The translations under genes and the position numbers were made by a program. Shown one piece after another: positions 51,147 to 59,590 of a stretch of 64,000 nucleotides of DNA. Source of the stretch: a virus; the IMG/VR virus record IMGVR_UViG_3300044728_000136; one strand, given 5' to 3'. The stretch's first letter is position 1. Each line of letters starts with the position of its first letter. The notes beneath the pieces were generated by a model, which was given only the letters and a program-made list of their open reading frames with translations, ran no database searches and was not told the origin of the DNA.

Positions 51147-51297
51147 GGGTCTGCTCCTCGCAATAGGGACAATCACATTCTTCGGGACGGAGATGGTTCA
51201 ATTCTCGTGAGGGATAAGCGTCCAACACCTTCCAGCCACGAGGACACATGCATCCTCTACCACAGCGTGGGCACATATGGACTCGTCTACGACTCAT
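51100..51297 (-). CDS. small zinc-ribbon ORF
   Basis: CPRCGRGCMCP..CDCPYC. ATGA coupling upstream; overlaps the next gene by 47 nt. Confidence 0.3.
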   Translation of the reverse strand: MSRRRVHMCPRCGRGCMCPRGWKVLDAYPSRELNHLRPEECDCPYCEEQTHGREETRTEPDRHPD

Positions 51298-51515
51298 GAT
51301 GGGTCTACTTCACTTTCGGGGTCATTGAACACGACAGCCTTGATCGCCCACATGGCGGTCTGTTCGTTGTTAGTGATAGCGATGGACTGGTGACGACTTG
51401 CTGGGCAAACTTCGCGAATCAGTTTCTCTCCCTCTGAGAAGTGCTCCCGAAGGCGATTGATCGCACTGAGCCCAGCGGGACTGGGCTTGTGATAGGCGTA
51501 CGGCTTATCAATCAT
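51294..51515 (-). CDS. hypothetical protein
   Basis: Trimmed to the third ATG after GAGG (MIDKPYAYHK). Confidence 0.4.
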   Translation of the reverse strand: MIDKPYAYHKPSPAGLSAINRLREHFSEGEKLIREVCPASRHQSIAITNNEQTAMWAIKAVVFNDPESEVDPS

Positions 51516-52752
51516 CGTCATCATCCTCTGCAATTGACTGCACGGTGACAGGCGTCCCGGGCGGCACGTCCTTGGGTGAGTAATCCGCTTCTTCCACCAA
51601 CAACAACTTGTCCTTGTACTGCTCCAACACCATGGCTTGGAGTTGCGACTGGAACACCTTGTCCTTGTAATACTTATCCGAAACAGCACTCAATGTCGCA
51701 AACCACATTGGGTCGGAGCTAACCTCGACTCCATGCACCATCCACCCGCCTTGGCTCCCCTTCGCCTTCTCCAAGAGTCCAAAGGATTGCAGATGACCCT
51801 TCACCATCTGAAAACTCTCTGTTTCGCCCACTTCTAAATCATCATGGGCATGGACACAGAGCTTGAAGTCAAAGGCGACCGCTCGCACGGGCACCTTGGC
51901 CTTCTTGATGGTCACCCCGGTGTCTTTGAACATTAGGGTGTTAGAAGCTTTATCGATGATGTTGGAGGCTCTGAAGCGCACTCGGAGGCTGGACAGAAAC
52001 TTCTGAGCCTCACCCCCCGGCATCGTCTCCGGATCCCCAAACTTGACGCCGGGATTGTAGCGCGTCTGATTGATGAGGATGACACAGGGATCATGGTCCC
52101 GCTTCTGCTCCTCGCAGAATGCCACCATGAGTTTGTTCACCATGCGCTTGATAAGGAGGGCCGATGTGCCAATGTCGTAGTTCTCAACGCTTTGGGCTAT
52201 CTCCTTGGAAGCGATGAGTCCAGCCATTGAATCCACCACCAGAATAGCCACATCATCAGCCCTAACGAGAGAATCAGTGAGATCAATGGCTTCTTCGCCA
52301 TAGCCTGCTTGCACCACCAGTAACTCTGCGGTGTTGACACCCATGCGTTCGGCCCAAATGGGATCGAAGCTCTGCTCAATGTTAACCCAGACGGCTTTGT
52401 TACAGGGTGGGGGTTGCTTCTGGGCACTAGCAACAGCACGAAGGGCCACGTTGGTCTTGTTGCTGGACTCCGGCCCATACACGATGCTGTAGCGACCACA
52501 GGGGAATCCCCCGCCCGTATAGAAGTCGAATTCGAAGATGCCCGTAGGGAGACGACGAACAATGGGGATCTTATTCCCGGCGACAATGACTTTTTCGCCT
52601 TTGTCTTTACGAATACTCGCAAGAACCGTATCCAACGAGCCACCAAGAAGCCGTGGTTCAGTTTTCTTCTTGAGCGAAGGACTGCTGGCCACCACAACGT
52701 CTTCTTCTATCGTGGGCACCACCTTGGGTGTTGCTTTGAGGGTCAGGGCCAT
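51508..52752 (-). CDS. recA: RecA-family recombinase
   Basis: Walker A YGPESSNKT and Walker B AILVVDSMAGL; 414 aa with an acidic C-terminal tail. Confidence 0.75.
   Translation of the reverse strand: MALTLKATPKVVPTIEEDVVVASSPSLKKKTEPRLLGGSLDTVLASIRKDKGEKVIVAGNKIPIVRRLPTGIFEFDFYTGGGFPCGRYSIVYGPESSNKTNVALRAVASAQKQPPPCNKAVWVNIEQSFDPIWAERMGVNTAELLVVQAGYGEEAIDLTDSLVRADDVAILVVDSMAGLIASKEIAQSVENYDIGTSALLIKRMVNKLMVAFCEEQKRDHDPCVILINQTRYNPGVKFGDPETMPGGEAQKFLSSLRVRFRASNIIDKASNTLMFKDTGVTIKKAKVPVRAVAFDFKLCVHAHDDLEVGETESFQMVKGHLQSFGLLEKAKGSQGGWMVHGVEVSSDPMWFATLSAVSDKYYKDKVFQSQLQAMVLEQYKDKLLLVEEADYSPKDVPPGTPVTVQSIAEDDDDD
51529..51542. repeat. 14-bp quasi-palindrome copy TGCAATTGACTGCA (1 mismatch)
   Basis: At the 3' end of the recA-like CDS (codes VQSIA); abuts the GAGG SD of the next gene. 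Confidence 0.7.
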
Positions 52753-52754
52753 GA

Positions 52755-53129
52755 TTACTCCTTGGCAGCTTTCACGGCCTCTTCAATCTTCTCGGATACC
52801 CACTCGGTGGCGTATTCATACGCCTCATCCAGCGTTTCCTTGGTGCAGGGCACGGTGATGGTCACCCCCACTCGGGCAGTTTCGTAGTTCCCGAGATTGA
52901 TCACCCGTCCACCTTCAACTGTGATGGACATACCATTGGTGTACACCCCGGGGTGAAGGGTCTGTGACTCCGGCGTAGACTCGGCAATCACCTTGCCCGA
53001 GACAACTTTAGAGGTGATGGCCATGCCGGTAATGGGCTCCGTTTTGAGATGTGTACCGTAGTCCACTCCGAGAGTAGTCTTAGAAAGAGACGAAACATCT
53101 TCGTATCCAGACACAAATTTCAGCGGCAT
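52755..53129 (-). CDS. hypothetical protein (124 aa)
   Basis: Trimmed to ATG 53129 (AAGGAG + 9 nt). Confidence 0.45.
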   Translation of the reverse strand: MPLKFVSGYEDVSSLSKTTLGVDYGTHLKTEPITGMAITSKVVSGKVIAESTPESQTLHPGVYTNGMSITVEGGRVINLGNYETARVGVTITVPCTKETLDEAYEYATEWVSEKIEEAVKAAKE

Positions 53130-53233
53130 TTCCTTCCACTCCTTGGACAACGATAATTGGGTGAGGCCCGGATTTTGACCGTCCACGTCGGCAAGAACGC
53201 TTTCAGTCTCCCGATTTGCCCCACCCAACCTTG

Positions 53234-53683
53234 TTACGCCCAGTTCGCATACACCAGTCCAATCACCCCCTCTAGGGCGGGCTTCTTGGACTCGGTGACT
53301 CGGCCCCCATGCTCAAAGAAAAACAGTTGGAGCTTCTTCAGTAATTCCACCTGTTCATGGCTGAACCACAGACGGCCATCTCGACGGAAGGGTTCAGGGA
53401 AATAGTTCTTCCGTCGCCATTCGCGAAGCACCCACACGGTGATATTCAGCGCCTGTGCGGCATCGCTGAAGGAGATGGTGGGACCATCCACAATCACCGT
53501 TTCCTGCTTCTTGTTCTCCCGCTGCTGGCGGCTTCGCGCCAAGGCGGCAGACCGATAGGCCGGATCTTCCCGATACCGCTTCGCTCGCTTGCTCGACAAC
53601 CGGGCGCGGTTCTCCGCATACCATGCGTCCCAACTGAATTTCTTGCTCTGTGGGGACTCTTCCGTTTTGTGAAAAATCAACAT
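53234..53683 (-). CDS. MerR/excisionase-type HTH protein
   Basis: ISFSDAAQALNITVWVLREWRRKNYFPEP..LWFSHEQVELLKKL. Start trimmed to ATG 53683. Confidence 0.5.
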   Translation of the reverse strand: MLIFHKTEESPQSKKFSWDAWYAENRARLSSKRAKRYREDPAYRSAALARSRQQRENKKQETVIVDGPTISFSDAAQALNITVWVLREWRRKNYFPEPFRRDGRLWFSHEQVELLKKLQLFFFEHGGRVTESKKPALEGVIGLVYANWA

Positions 53684-53696
53684 ACCAACCATCTCC

Positions 53697-55037
53697 CTAC
53701 ACCTTGACCACTTCGGCTCCGATTCCATAGTATTGCTTGAGCCGTGCATGGTGAAATCCTTGAAAGATGGCGTCTCGGTCTACTAAGTCCAGAATCACCG
53801 GCTGCTTCTTTCCCTCGACAGTCCGTAGGATGCGTCCTATCGTCTGTTTGATATCAGCCCGTGGAGTCGCCATCACCAGCGTATCCCATTGAGGGACATC
53901 CGTGCCCGTTGAGCACATTTGGTAGGTGCCGAGCACCACTCGTCGCTGCTTCGTGTGCGACAACTCTATCTTGGACATACCGCCCACATAGTACCCTATA
54001 TCTTGTCCCGGGATCCCTTCGTTTGTCAAGATCTGAAACAGGCGGTTCAGATGGTTCTCTCGCAAGTCAGACACCACCAATGTCATGCGTCCACTCTTGT
54101 AGGACTGCAAGACGAAATTCGCAATCTCCATGTTCCGGGTATTGGAGGCCGCAATGGCTTTGGTGACCGTCATCATGCGACCCGGCTTGTAGGGAATGGG
54201 GACTTGCTCCCATGAATCCCCCACGAGTTTACGCCGGGTGGGAATGCACCATCCGGTCTGACGCACCAGCACCTTCGGCTTCGTTTCAAGGATCTTCCCC
54301 TTCGACATGATGGGGCCGATATGCCAGTGCAAAAGTTGCGTCTTCCCATCCTTGCGAGTCGGGGTGGCACTGAAGCCGAGACGATACTTCGCGGGGAACG
54401 TCTGACAGACGCGAATGAAACAATCAGCGGCCATGGAGTGGACTTCATCCAAGAGCATCAGGCCGAAAGAGCGAACCATGTCAGGCGGATACTTCCCCTC
54501 GATCATCAGCGATTGCACCATCCCCAGCACAAATCGCTTGCCTTCCCACTCACAGATCTCGCCTTGCACTCTCCCGATCATGGAGGGAGGAATCTTCAGG
54601 ATCTTGGTCAGAGAGTCATACCACTGATGCATCAAGTCTTCTTTGGTCACCACGATGAGCGTGGGTTGACCGAAGCTGGCCGCGATATACCCACCGACGA
54701 CGGTCTTGCCCCAGCCTGTAGGGGCATCGAAAATGTGACTACGTTCGTGTTGGAGGGCCTTGAGAGAGGCAAGGGCGAGCTTGGCCTGCTCCTCGTTACG
54801 GGGCGTGAAATGGCACGGTACGGGCTTGGGAACATACGCTGTCCGGTAGTCGGAGGGTGGAGGGGCGTAGGGCACACTCTCTCGGGGCACCAGTAAGGTG
54901 TTACCCACCTTGATGGACCCGACCACCGTGTCACCATACGTTGATTCAAAGGTATAGAAATGCTCTAGCGCCTCGGAATACGGATAGCGCGACATGGCCG
55001 CTGTCAGCACCGGTAATTGTGTCGTTACAAACCCCAT
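53697..55037 (-). CDS. superfamily-2 DNA helicase (DEAD/DEAH, XPB/Res-like)
   Basis: DAPTGWGKT (I), LLDEVH (II), FSATP (III), and a helicase C-terminal half with QTIGRILR. Confidence 0.75.
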   Translation of the reverse strand: MGFVTTQLPVLTAAMSRYPYSEALEHFYTFESTYGDTVVGSIKVGNTLLVPRESVPYAPPPSDYRTAYVPKPVPCHFTPRNEEQAKLALASLKALQHERSHIFDAPTGWGKTVVGGYIAASFGQPTLIVVTKEDLMHQWYDSLTKILKIPPSMIGRVQGEICEWEGKRFVLGMVQSLMIEGKYPPDMVRSFGLMLLDEVHSMAADCFIRVCQTFPAKYRLGFSATPTRKDGKTQLLHWHIGPIMSKGKILETKPKVLVRQTGWCIPTRRKLVGDSWEQVPIPYKPGRMMTVTKAIAASNTRNMEIANFVLQSYKSGRMTLVVSDLRENHLNRLFQILTNEGIPGQDIGYYVGGMSKIELSHTKQRRVVLGTYQMCSTGTDVPQWDTLVMATPRADIKQTIGRILRTVEGKKQPVILDLVDRDAIFQGFHHARLKQYYGIGAEVVKV

Positions 55038-55141
55038 ACTACATCACCGCTCCATCGGTGGTTCAAGAGGGTGCATCAAGACTAAGATCACGCGGACCAG
55101 ACGCAACCTTTGGCATCTGACACACCCCCTTGAATATCGTC

Positions 55142-55921
55142 TTACAGATCCTTGCTATAGTCTACCGGCGTGCCGGGGGTGCTGCCCCCGCCCTTAAAAG
55201 GGATATCGGGATCAGACACCTCTGCTTTCGATGCCGACGATACCAGCTTCCGCAAATCACTCCCGTTGCGGAACACAATCTCCGCTTCATAGTCTGCCGG
55301 GGTGAAGTTGGTCACCGTGATCTTGGTGTTGGTCTTGGGATCGATCTTCTCGACCGTGTACAGCTTCTGAAGGTCTGCGATCTCGTGCTTCTCCACGAAG
55401 TCGAACATGCTGCCCACGGAGGCCGACATATCCCCGACCCGGGAGGCGTCGAAGGTGCAACCCGCAAGGCCCTTCCGCTTGATGGCGTGCTTGTTCAGCA
55501 GTTCGAACGTCTGGGTCTTGGCTACCAGCAACTTCTTCTGGTCCTTCCAGACCTTCGTCTTGTCCTTGCTCTGAATCTGACGATGATCGATGATGGTGAA
55601 CAGGGCAATCAACGCGGGACGATCACCCGATTCACAGATGGGGCACTTGTCGTCCAACTCAGGCGACGTCTTCTCGGGGCACACGAAGAAATTGCCCCAC
55701 TGCCCATGGAGAAATAGGTTGTGCTCGTAATACCGGGGTGGAGTCAACACCCCATCCGGCCCGAGATCCCCATCAATGAACGTGATCCGTGCCTCTTCTT
55801 TCTCCTTCATCCAGAAGCGGAACATCTTGCCTTGCTCTTGTTTCCGCTGTTCGGCCTCGGCTGCGGCTCGTTGAGCCAATTTGGCGCTTTCTGCGCCAGT
55901 CTTGAGGAATTTGAACGCCAT
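55142..55921 (-). CDS. gp32-like ssDNA-binding protein
   Basis: His/Cys3 zinc pattern LHGQWGNFFVCPEKTSPELDDKCPICE, spaced like T4 gp32. AAGGAG + 5 nt. Confidence 0.55.
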   Translation of the reverse strand: MAFKFLKTGAESAKLAQRAAAEAEQRKQEQGKMFRFWMKEKEEARITFIDGDLGPDGVLTPPRYYEHNLFLHGQWGNFFVCPEKTSPELDDKCPICESGDRPALIALFTIIDHRQIQSKDKTKVWKDQKKLLVAKTQTFELLNKHAIKRKGLAGCTFDASRVGDMSASVGSMFDFVEKHEIADLQKLYTVEKIDPKTNTKITVTNFTPADYEAEIVFRNGSDLRKLVSSASKAEVSDPDIPFKGGGSTPGTPVDYSKDL

Positions 55922-55958
55922 TCGCTCTCCTTGTGGTCCTTACACTAGACCCTTGCAC

Positions 55959-55987
55959 ATGGTAACACGGGGACAACGGTTTGTCAA
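55959..55987 (-). promoter_or_regulatory. sigma70-type promoter TTGACA-17-TACCAT
   Basis: -35 at 55987..55982, -10 at 55964..55959. Confidence 0.5.
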
Positions 55988-55991
55988 CTAC

Positions 55992-56954
55992 CTAGTCATT
56001 GCACTCAATTGCATAGTCGATTCGGTCCTTCAGATAGGCCACCCCACAGTCATCGGGATCTTTCGCCCCCTCATCAATCCAAATATACCGATACTCCAAT
56101 CCTAGCTGCCGACAGTGCTTGGCATACACCAGCGTGCTTTGATATCCGGCCTCGTCACGATCTGGGATATGGATCACCCGACCACAATCTCCAAGCTTCC
56201 TCATCTTCTCGATAGTGGGTTTCGCTGTGAGAGCCGCCACCGTCTTCGGAAAGGCTTGCGCGGTCTTCCACAAATCGAACTGGCCTTCGACCACCACCAC
56301 TGGCCCATCATGGTTCAGCACCTGTTCGCCATACCACACGAGACGTGCATTGTTCACCCCTTGGAACGTGTAGTCATGGTGCTTGTGCGGGGCGTCATCA
56401 TGGATAGACCGACCTCGGGCACCTGCCAAACGTCCAAACACATCCCAATAGGGACACACGATCATCTGCCGCTTGGGATCATATCGAAGGTTATACACCT
56501 CCAACGTTGTAGGACTGATACCCCTCGATGCCAGATAGACAGCGGCCTCGGCCACCCAAAAGGCCCGTTGGAAACTTTCGAGCCAGTACGGAGGCCACTC
56601 AATGAAGGGCTGCACCGTCTGAGTAAACTCTCCATAGGGCGGCAAGGGAGTGACATACTCTTCATCCGTCAACAGCGCATGGCACACCGCAAAGTCGTAG
56701 TCCGGAGAGTTATGACTGTATAGCTCGATGCACTGCACCAGTTCTTCCGCACTCCCCTGCCGACACGCGAAACACAGGAAGTGACTGCGGCCTCCCGGGG
56801 TGATACTCACGCCGAAAGAGGGATTACTATCCTTGTGTCCTTTATGAGTCCAGCGAGCCAAGGGACATGTGGACTCGATCCATCCATTGTCCTTCACTCG
56901 TATCTGTGACACGCGGAGTGCCGTCAGAAATGCCACCACTTGCTCAGCCGTCAT
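55992..56954 (-). CDS. dnaG: DnaG-type DNA primase (zinc finger + Toprim)
   Basis: CPLARWTHKGHKDSNPSF..FLCFAC zinc motif, VVVVEGQFDLW and IPDRDEAG Toprim. Confidence 0.7.
   Translation of the reverse strand: MTAEQVVAFLTALRVSQIRVKDNGWIESTCPLARWTHKGHKDSNPSFGVSITPGGRSHFLCFACRQGSAEELVQCIELYSHNSPDYDFAVCHALLTDEEYVTPLPPYGEFTQTVQPFIEWPPYWLESFQRAFWVAEAAVYLASRGISPTTLEVYNLRYDPKRQMIVCPYWDVFGRLAGARGRSIHDDAPHKHHDYTFQGVNNARLVWYGEQVLNHDGPVVVVEGQFDLWKTAQAFPKTVAALTAKPTIEKMRKLGDCGRVIHIPDRDEAGYQSTLVYAKHCRQLGLEYRYIWIDEGAKDPDDCGVAYLKDRIDYAIECND
56000..56013. repeat. 14-bp quasi-palindrome copy TGCACTCAATTGCA (1 mismatch)
   Basis: In the last codons of the primase (codes AIEC); 12 nt upstream of -35 box 55982..55987. 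Confidence 0.7.
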
Positions 56955-57205
56955 TGACCTTTCAATGCCTCCTTCACATACTGTAATCGTTTGGTCGCTT
57001 CAGAGCGTCCAAAGTTTCCCGCGTAACGGATGGCCATCTCTAGGTGCATGCAGAGGCCACACCATGGACCTTCGCCATTCACCTTGGCCGCTTTAGTGAC
57101 CACACACTTCACCTTGGATTCTAACTCCATGCAGTCCCACCCCTGCCCGCAGTGCTGACAGAGGTGGGTGTGCTTGGTGCTCTTAGGCTTGTGAATCAGC
57201 GCCAT
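56951..57205 (-). CDS. Cys-rich hypothetical protein
   Basis: Trimmed to ATG 57205; CQHCGQGWDC..CGLC. Confidence 0.4.
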   Translation of the reverse strand: MALIHKPKSTKHTHLCQHCGQGWDCMELESKVKCVVTKAAKVNGEGPWCGLCMHLEMAIRYAGNFGRSEATKRLQYVKEALKGQ

Positions 57206-57416
57206 CGTCAGGGATGAAGTTGTCGTCAAAATACTTCTTCGACACCAGCCACTGATCCGTATGGTTCTCTGGGTTACGGGCGATCATATCACCTTCCTTC
57301 GGAGAACCGTTTGCCGCATCCACATGCGACACACTGGTGCCTGTCATGTCTTCGCCCACCACGTACGGACGAAGCTCGCCACCCTTTTTGTGATACTTCT
57401 TGAATTCGTCTGCCAT
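57183..57416 (-). CDS. hypothetical protein (77 aa)
   Basis: ATG 57416 follows AAGGAG + 5 nt. Confidence 0.45.
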   Translation of the reverse strand: MADEFKKYHKKGGELRPYVVGEDMTGTSVSHVDAANGSPKEGDMIARNPENHTDQWLVSKKYFDDNFIPDDGADSQA

Positions 57417-57429
57417 GTCCACTCCTTGG

Positions 57430-57660
57430 TTACAACCACGTCTCAACAATCACAGGGTCATCTAACTCCTCTCTCGGGAAACAGATGGTCCCGACTGGCA
57501 CTTGTTCTCGGGCTTCAGCGAGGGAGTCGCACACACACGCACACAGATGCCAGACAAGTCCGTCATCCGTCACGTCCCACTGACGAATGACGTAGTGGTT
57601 GGGGAAATCGAGTGGACGACAGTAAATCGTCCACCCACACATTCTCTCGTCGTCTGCCAT
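57430..57660 (-). CDS. hypothetical protein
   Basis: ORF track, 76 aa. Confidence 0.45.
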   Translation of the reverse strand: MADDERMCGWTIYCRPLDFPNHYVIRQWDVTDDGLVWHLCACVCDSLAEAREQVPVGTICFPREELDDPVIVETWL

Positions 57661-57861
57661 TCAACTCTTGAATATTTGGTAGCCGGGGAAACAGTATTGG
57701 ATCACCACGAGCACGACCAGCAACACGATCAACGCATACACCACCCCACCATAGGGGGCGAATCCAGCCCACGCTGGTAAGGCCAGCACGGCTCGGACCA
57801 CTCCCATAAACGCGGCGGCGACGATGAGCGCGATGATCAAACAGATGACCAAGCTAATCAT
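57661..57861 (-). CDS. small membrane protein (2-3 TM)
   Basis: MISLVICLIIALIVAAAFMGVV..VVYALIVLLVVLVVI. Confidence 0.5.
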   Translation of the reverse strand: MISLVICLIIALIVAAAFMGVVRAVLALPAWAGFAPYGGVVYALIVLLVVLVVIQYCFPGYQIFKS

Positions 57862-57876
57862 GGGTTCTCCTTGGGT

Positions 57877-57975
57877 TATAGCACAAGAGGAGCGTAGACA
57901 CCTTGGAAAATGCTACATGATCCCATGGCCAAGACAGGACCACGCGCAAAGGGTCTACGCCCCACTCGTGCTATA
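57877..57975. repeat. bipartite inverted repeat
   Basis: TATAGCAC (57877..57884) / GTGCTATA (57968..57975) and GCGTAGAC (57892..57899) / GTCTACGC (57953..57960), flanking ~53 bp of intergenic DNA. Confidence 0.5.
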
Positions 57976-58438
57976 CCTTCCGTACTGCTCGTAGTGTACG
58001 CCCTCCCGGCTTTTCGATCAAATAATGTTTTAGCTCAAATTCGGAGAGTAATTTTCGCAGAGGGGTAATCGCCACATCAATCACTGACGCTGTGGCCGCT
58101 GGCCCAAACTTCTCCAACAGGTCATGGAGCAATTCCAGTGGGGCTGTGACTTCGGCTACCTTGGTGCGCTCGGAGAATTCAATCTCTCCCTCGGGACTCG
58201 TGAAGATGGCAGGCTTCGTCTCGTCCATCGTCTCGTTGGCAATTGATTGCAACTGCTTGCGGAGATCATCCATGCGCTTGGTGAGACTCTTGACTTCGAA
58301 GTAGACGAATTTTCGATGAAGCTCGATGTATTCCGACACCAACGTTTCCACAGCGGTAGGATCCGCAGACGGCTGCACGAGAGGAATCACCGGGACGACT
58401 GCTACCGGTGGGGTCTTCACCACCATGATCAAGGCCAT
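57971..58438 (-). CDS. hypothetical protein (155 aa)
   Basis: Trimmed to ATG 58438 (GGGAG + 7 nt). Confidence 0.45.
   Translation of the reverse strand: MALIMVVKTPPVAVVPVIPLVQPSADPTAVETLVSEYIELHRKFVYFEVKSLTKRMDDLRKQLQSIANETMDETKPAIFTSPEGEIEFSERTKVAEVTAPLELLHDLLEKFGPAATASVIDVAITPLRKLLSEFELKHYLIEKPGGRTLRAVRKV
58248..58261. repeat. 14-bp quasi-palindrome copy GGCAATTGATTGCA (1 mismatch)
   Basis: Inside CDS 57971..58438 (codes LQSIA). Confidence 0.65.
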
Positions 58439-58460
58439 GCATCCACTCCCTTGGAGAGGA

Positions 58461-58480
58461 GGGGGATCCGAAGATCCCCC
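58461..58480 (-). terminator. GC-rich hairpin after the PEP-CTERM gene (terminator-like, no clear U-tract)
   Basis: GGGGGATC-cgaa-GATCCCCC, an 8-bp stem located 8 nt after the stop at 58488. Confidence 0.35.
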
Positions 58481-58487
58481 TGTGACG

Positions 58488-59165
58488 TTAGGTGCGTCGG
58501 CGTCGTGCGGCTCGGGCGATAGCGAGGAGGCCCGTCCCAAGGAGCACCATCGAGGTCGGTTCAGGGACCGGCGTGGGCGGAGGTTCGTCATCGGGCGGCG
58601 GGACGTTGACCCCGCGAATCAGGAACGCCTGATCCGGACCATCGTTGGCCAGCGGCATGATCGCGTGAAACTGCACCCGGTCGGTCAAGGCAAATCCCGA
58701 CAGGTTGAACCCAGTCAGAATGTAGTCGGCAAAGCCGTTGCCTGCATTACCCGCTGGGGTCGGTGGCACCGCCGTAGGTCCGACGAACAGATCCACGACG
58801 TTACCGTTGACGGTCATGGCGAACAAGCCCAACACCTGATCAGCCTGTCCCTGCGCCTGTGAAAAGTCAAGGCCGATGCGAAACTGATCTCCAAACAGGA
58901 GCCGAATCGCCGCTACGGAGTACTCCGGCGACGTCAGATCCCACGAGATGTTCTCCCCGACGTTACCCGTTGGCGTGGGCGTAAAATCGGGGATCTCCAC
59001 CGTGCGCCGTGAGTTGCAATCGTTCCCGCCCACCACACACGGATTGTTGGTCTGTTGCTGCAACGGATCGTTGACGGCAACGGCTGACAGTGTAATCAAC
59101 GCGGCCTGTGCGGGTGCAGCCCACAACACCCCCACCATCACCAATCCCCACAATAGTCGTCGCAT
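58488..59165 (-). CDS. secreted PEP-CTERM-anchored protein
   Basis: Signal peptide MRRLLWGLVMVGVLWAAPAQA, and a C-terminal VPEPTSMVLLGTGLLAIARAARRRR (PEP motif + TM + Arg cluster). Confidence 0.7.
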   Translation of the reverse strand: MRRLLWGLVMVGVLWAAPAQAALITLSAVAVNDPLQQQTNNPCVVGGNDCNSRRTVEIPDFTPTPTGNVGENISWDLTSPEYSVAAIRLLFGDQFRIGLDFSQAQGQADQVLGLFAMTVNGNVVDLFVGPTAVPPTPAGNAGNGFADYILTGFNLSGFALTDRVQFHAIMPLANDGPDQAFLIRGVNVPPPDDEPPPTPVPEPTSMVLLGTGLLAIARAARRRRT

Positions 59166-59227
59166 GACGCTTTCTCCTCGTTCTTACCGCTTGTTTCTGG
59201 TCAATCCCACTACGAAGTGGGAGACAG

Positions 59228-59256
59228 ATCATACAGAAGAGGTTCAACTTTGTCAA
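59228..59256 (-). promoter_or_regulatory. sigma70-type promoter TTGACA-17-TATGAT
   Basis: -35 at 59256..59251, -10 at 59233..59228. Hairpin 59206..59221 sits at the predicted 5' end. Confidence 0.6.
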
Positions 59257-59287
59257 GGGGTATTAATTGTCTAATTTCCACACTGAG

Positions 59288-59590
59288 TTACCGGGCTTTC
59301 CACAAATGTCCACCATCTGAATTGTGGCTCCGTAAGGGACGCTTGACCGTCGCTAGGCGAACAATGCGACAACGACGTTCCAAGTCCATATACACTGGCC
59401 CAAAGGCACGATCATCATGTGGGATAATCCCGGCCTTTTTACACGCCAGCGTCAATTCTTCACTCGTCGCTGGGCCATGTTGTTGGAGATATTGCAACAC
59501 ATACACCCGCGCTTTTAACAAAAAGCTCGGTACCTTCGTCTCGACGGACGCCTGTATTTGTGCAATGGCTGGATGAAGTTTCAAACCCAT
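59288..59590 (-). CDS. winged-helix-like hypothetical protein (100 aa)
   Basis: Trimmed to ATG 59590, overlapping the dnaB stop. ARVYVLQYLQQHGPATSEELTLACKKAG. Confidence 0.45.
   Translation of the reverse strand: MGLKLHPAIAQIQASVETKVPSFLLKARVYVLQYLQQHGPATSEELTLACKKAGIIPHDDRAFGPVYMDLERRCRIVRLATVKRPLRSHNSDGGHLWKAR

Noticed and set aside
54000-54030. A TTGACAAAC hexamer on the minus strand inside the SF2 helicase gene.
   Set aside because: The best -10 candidates (CAAGAT, GATATA) are poorly spaced or weak, and the site is intragenic without a downstream start.
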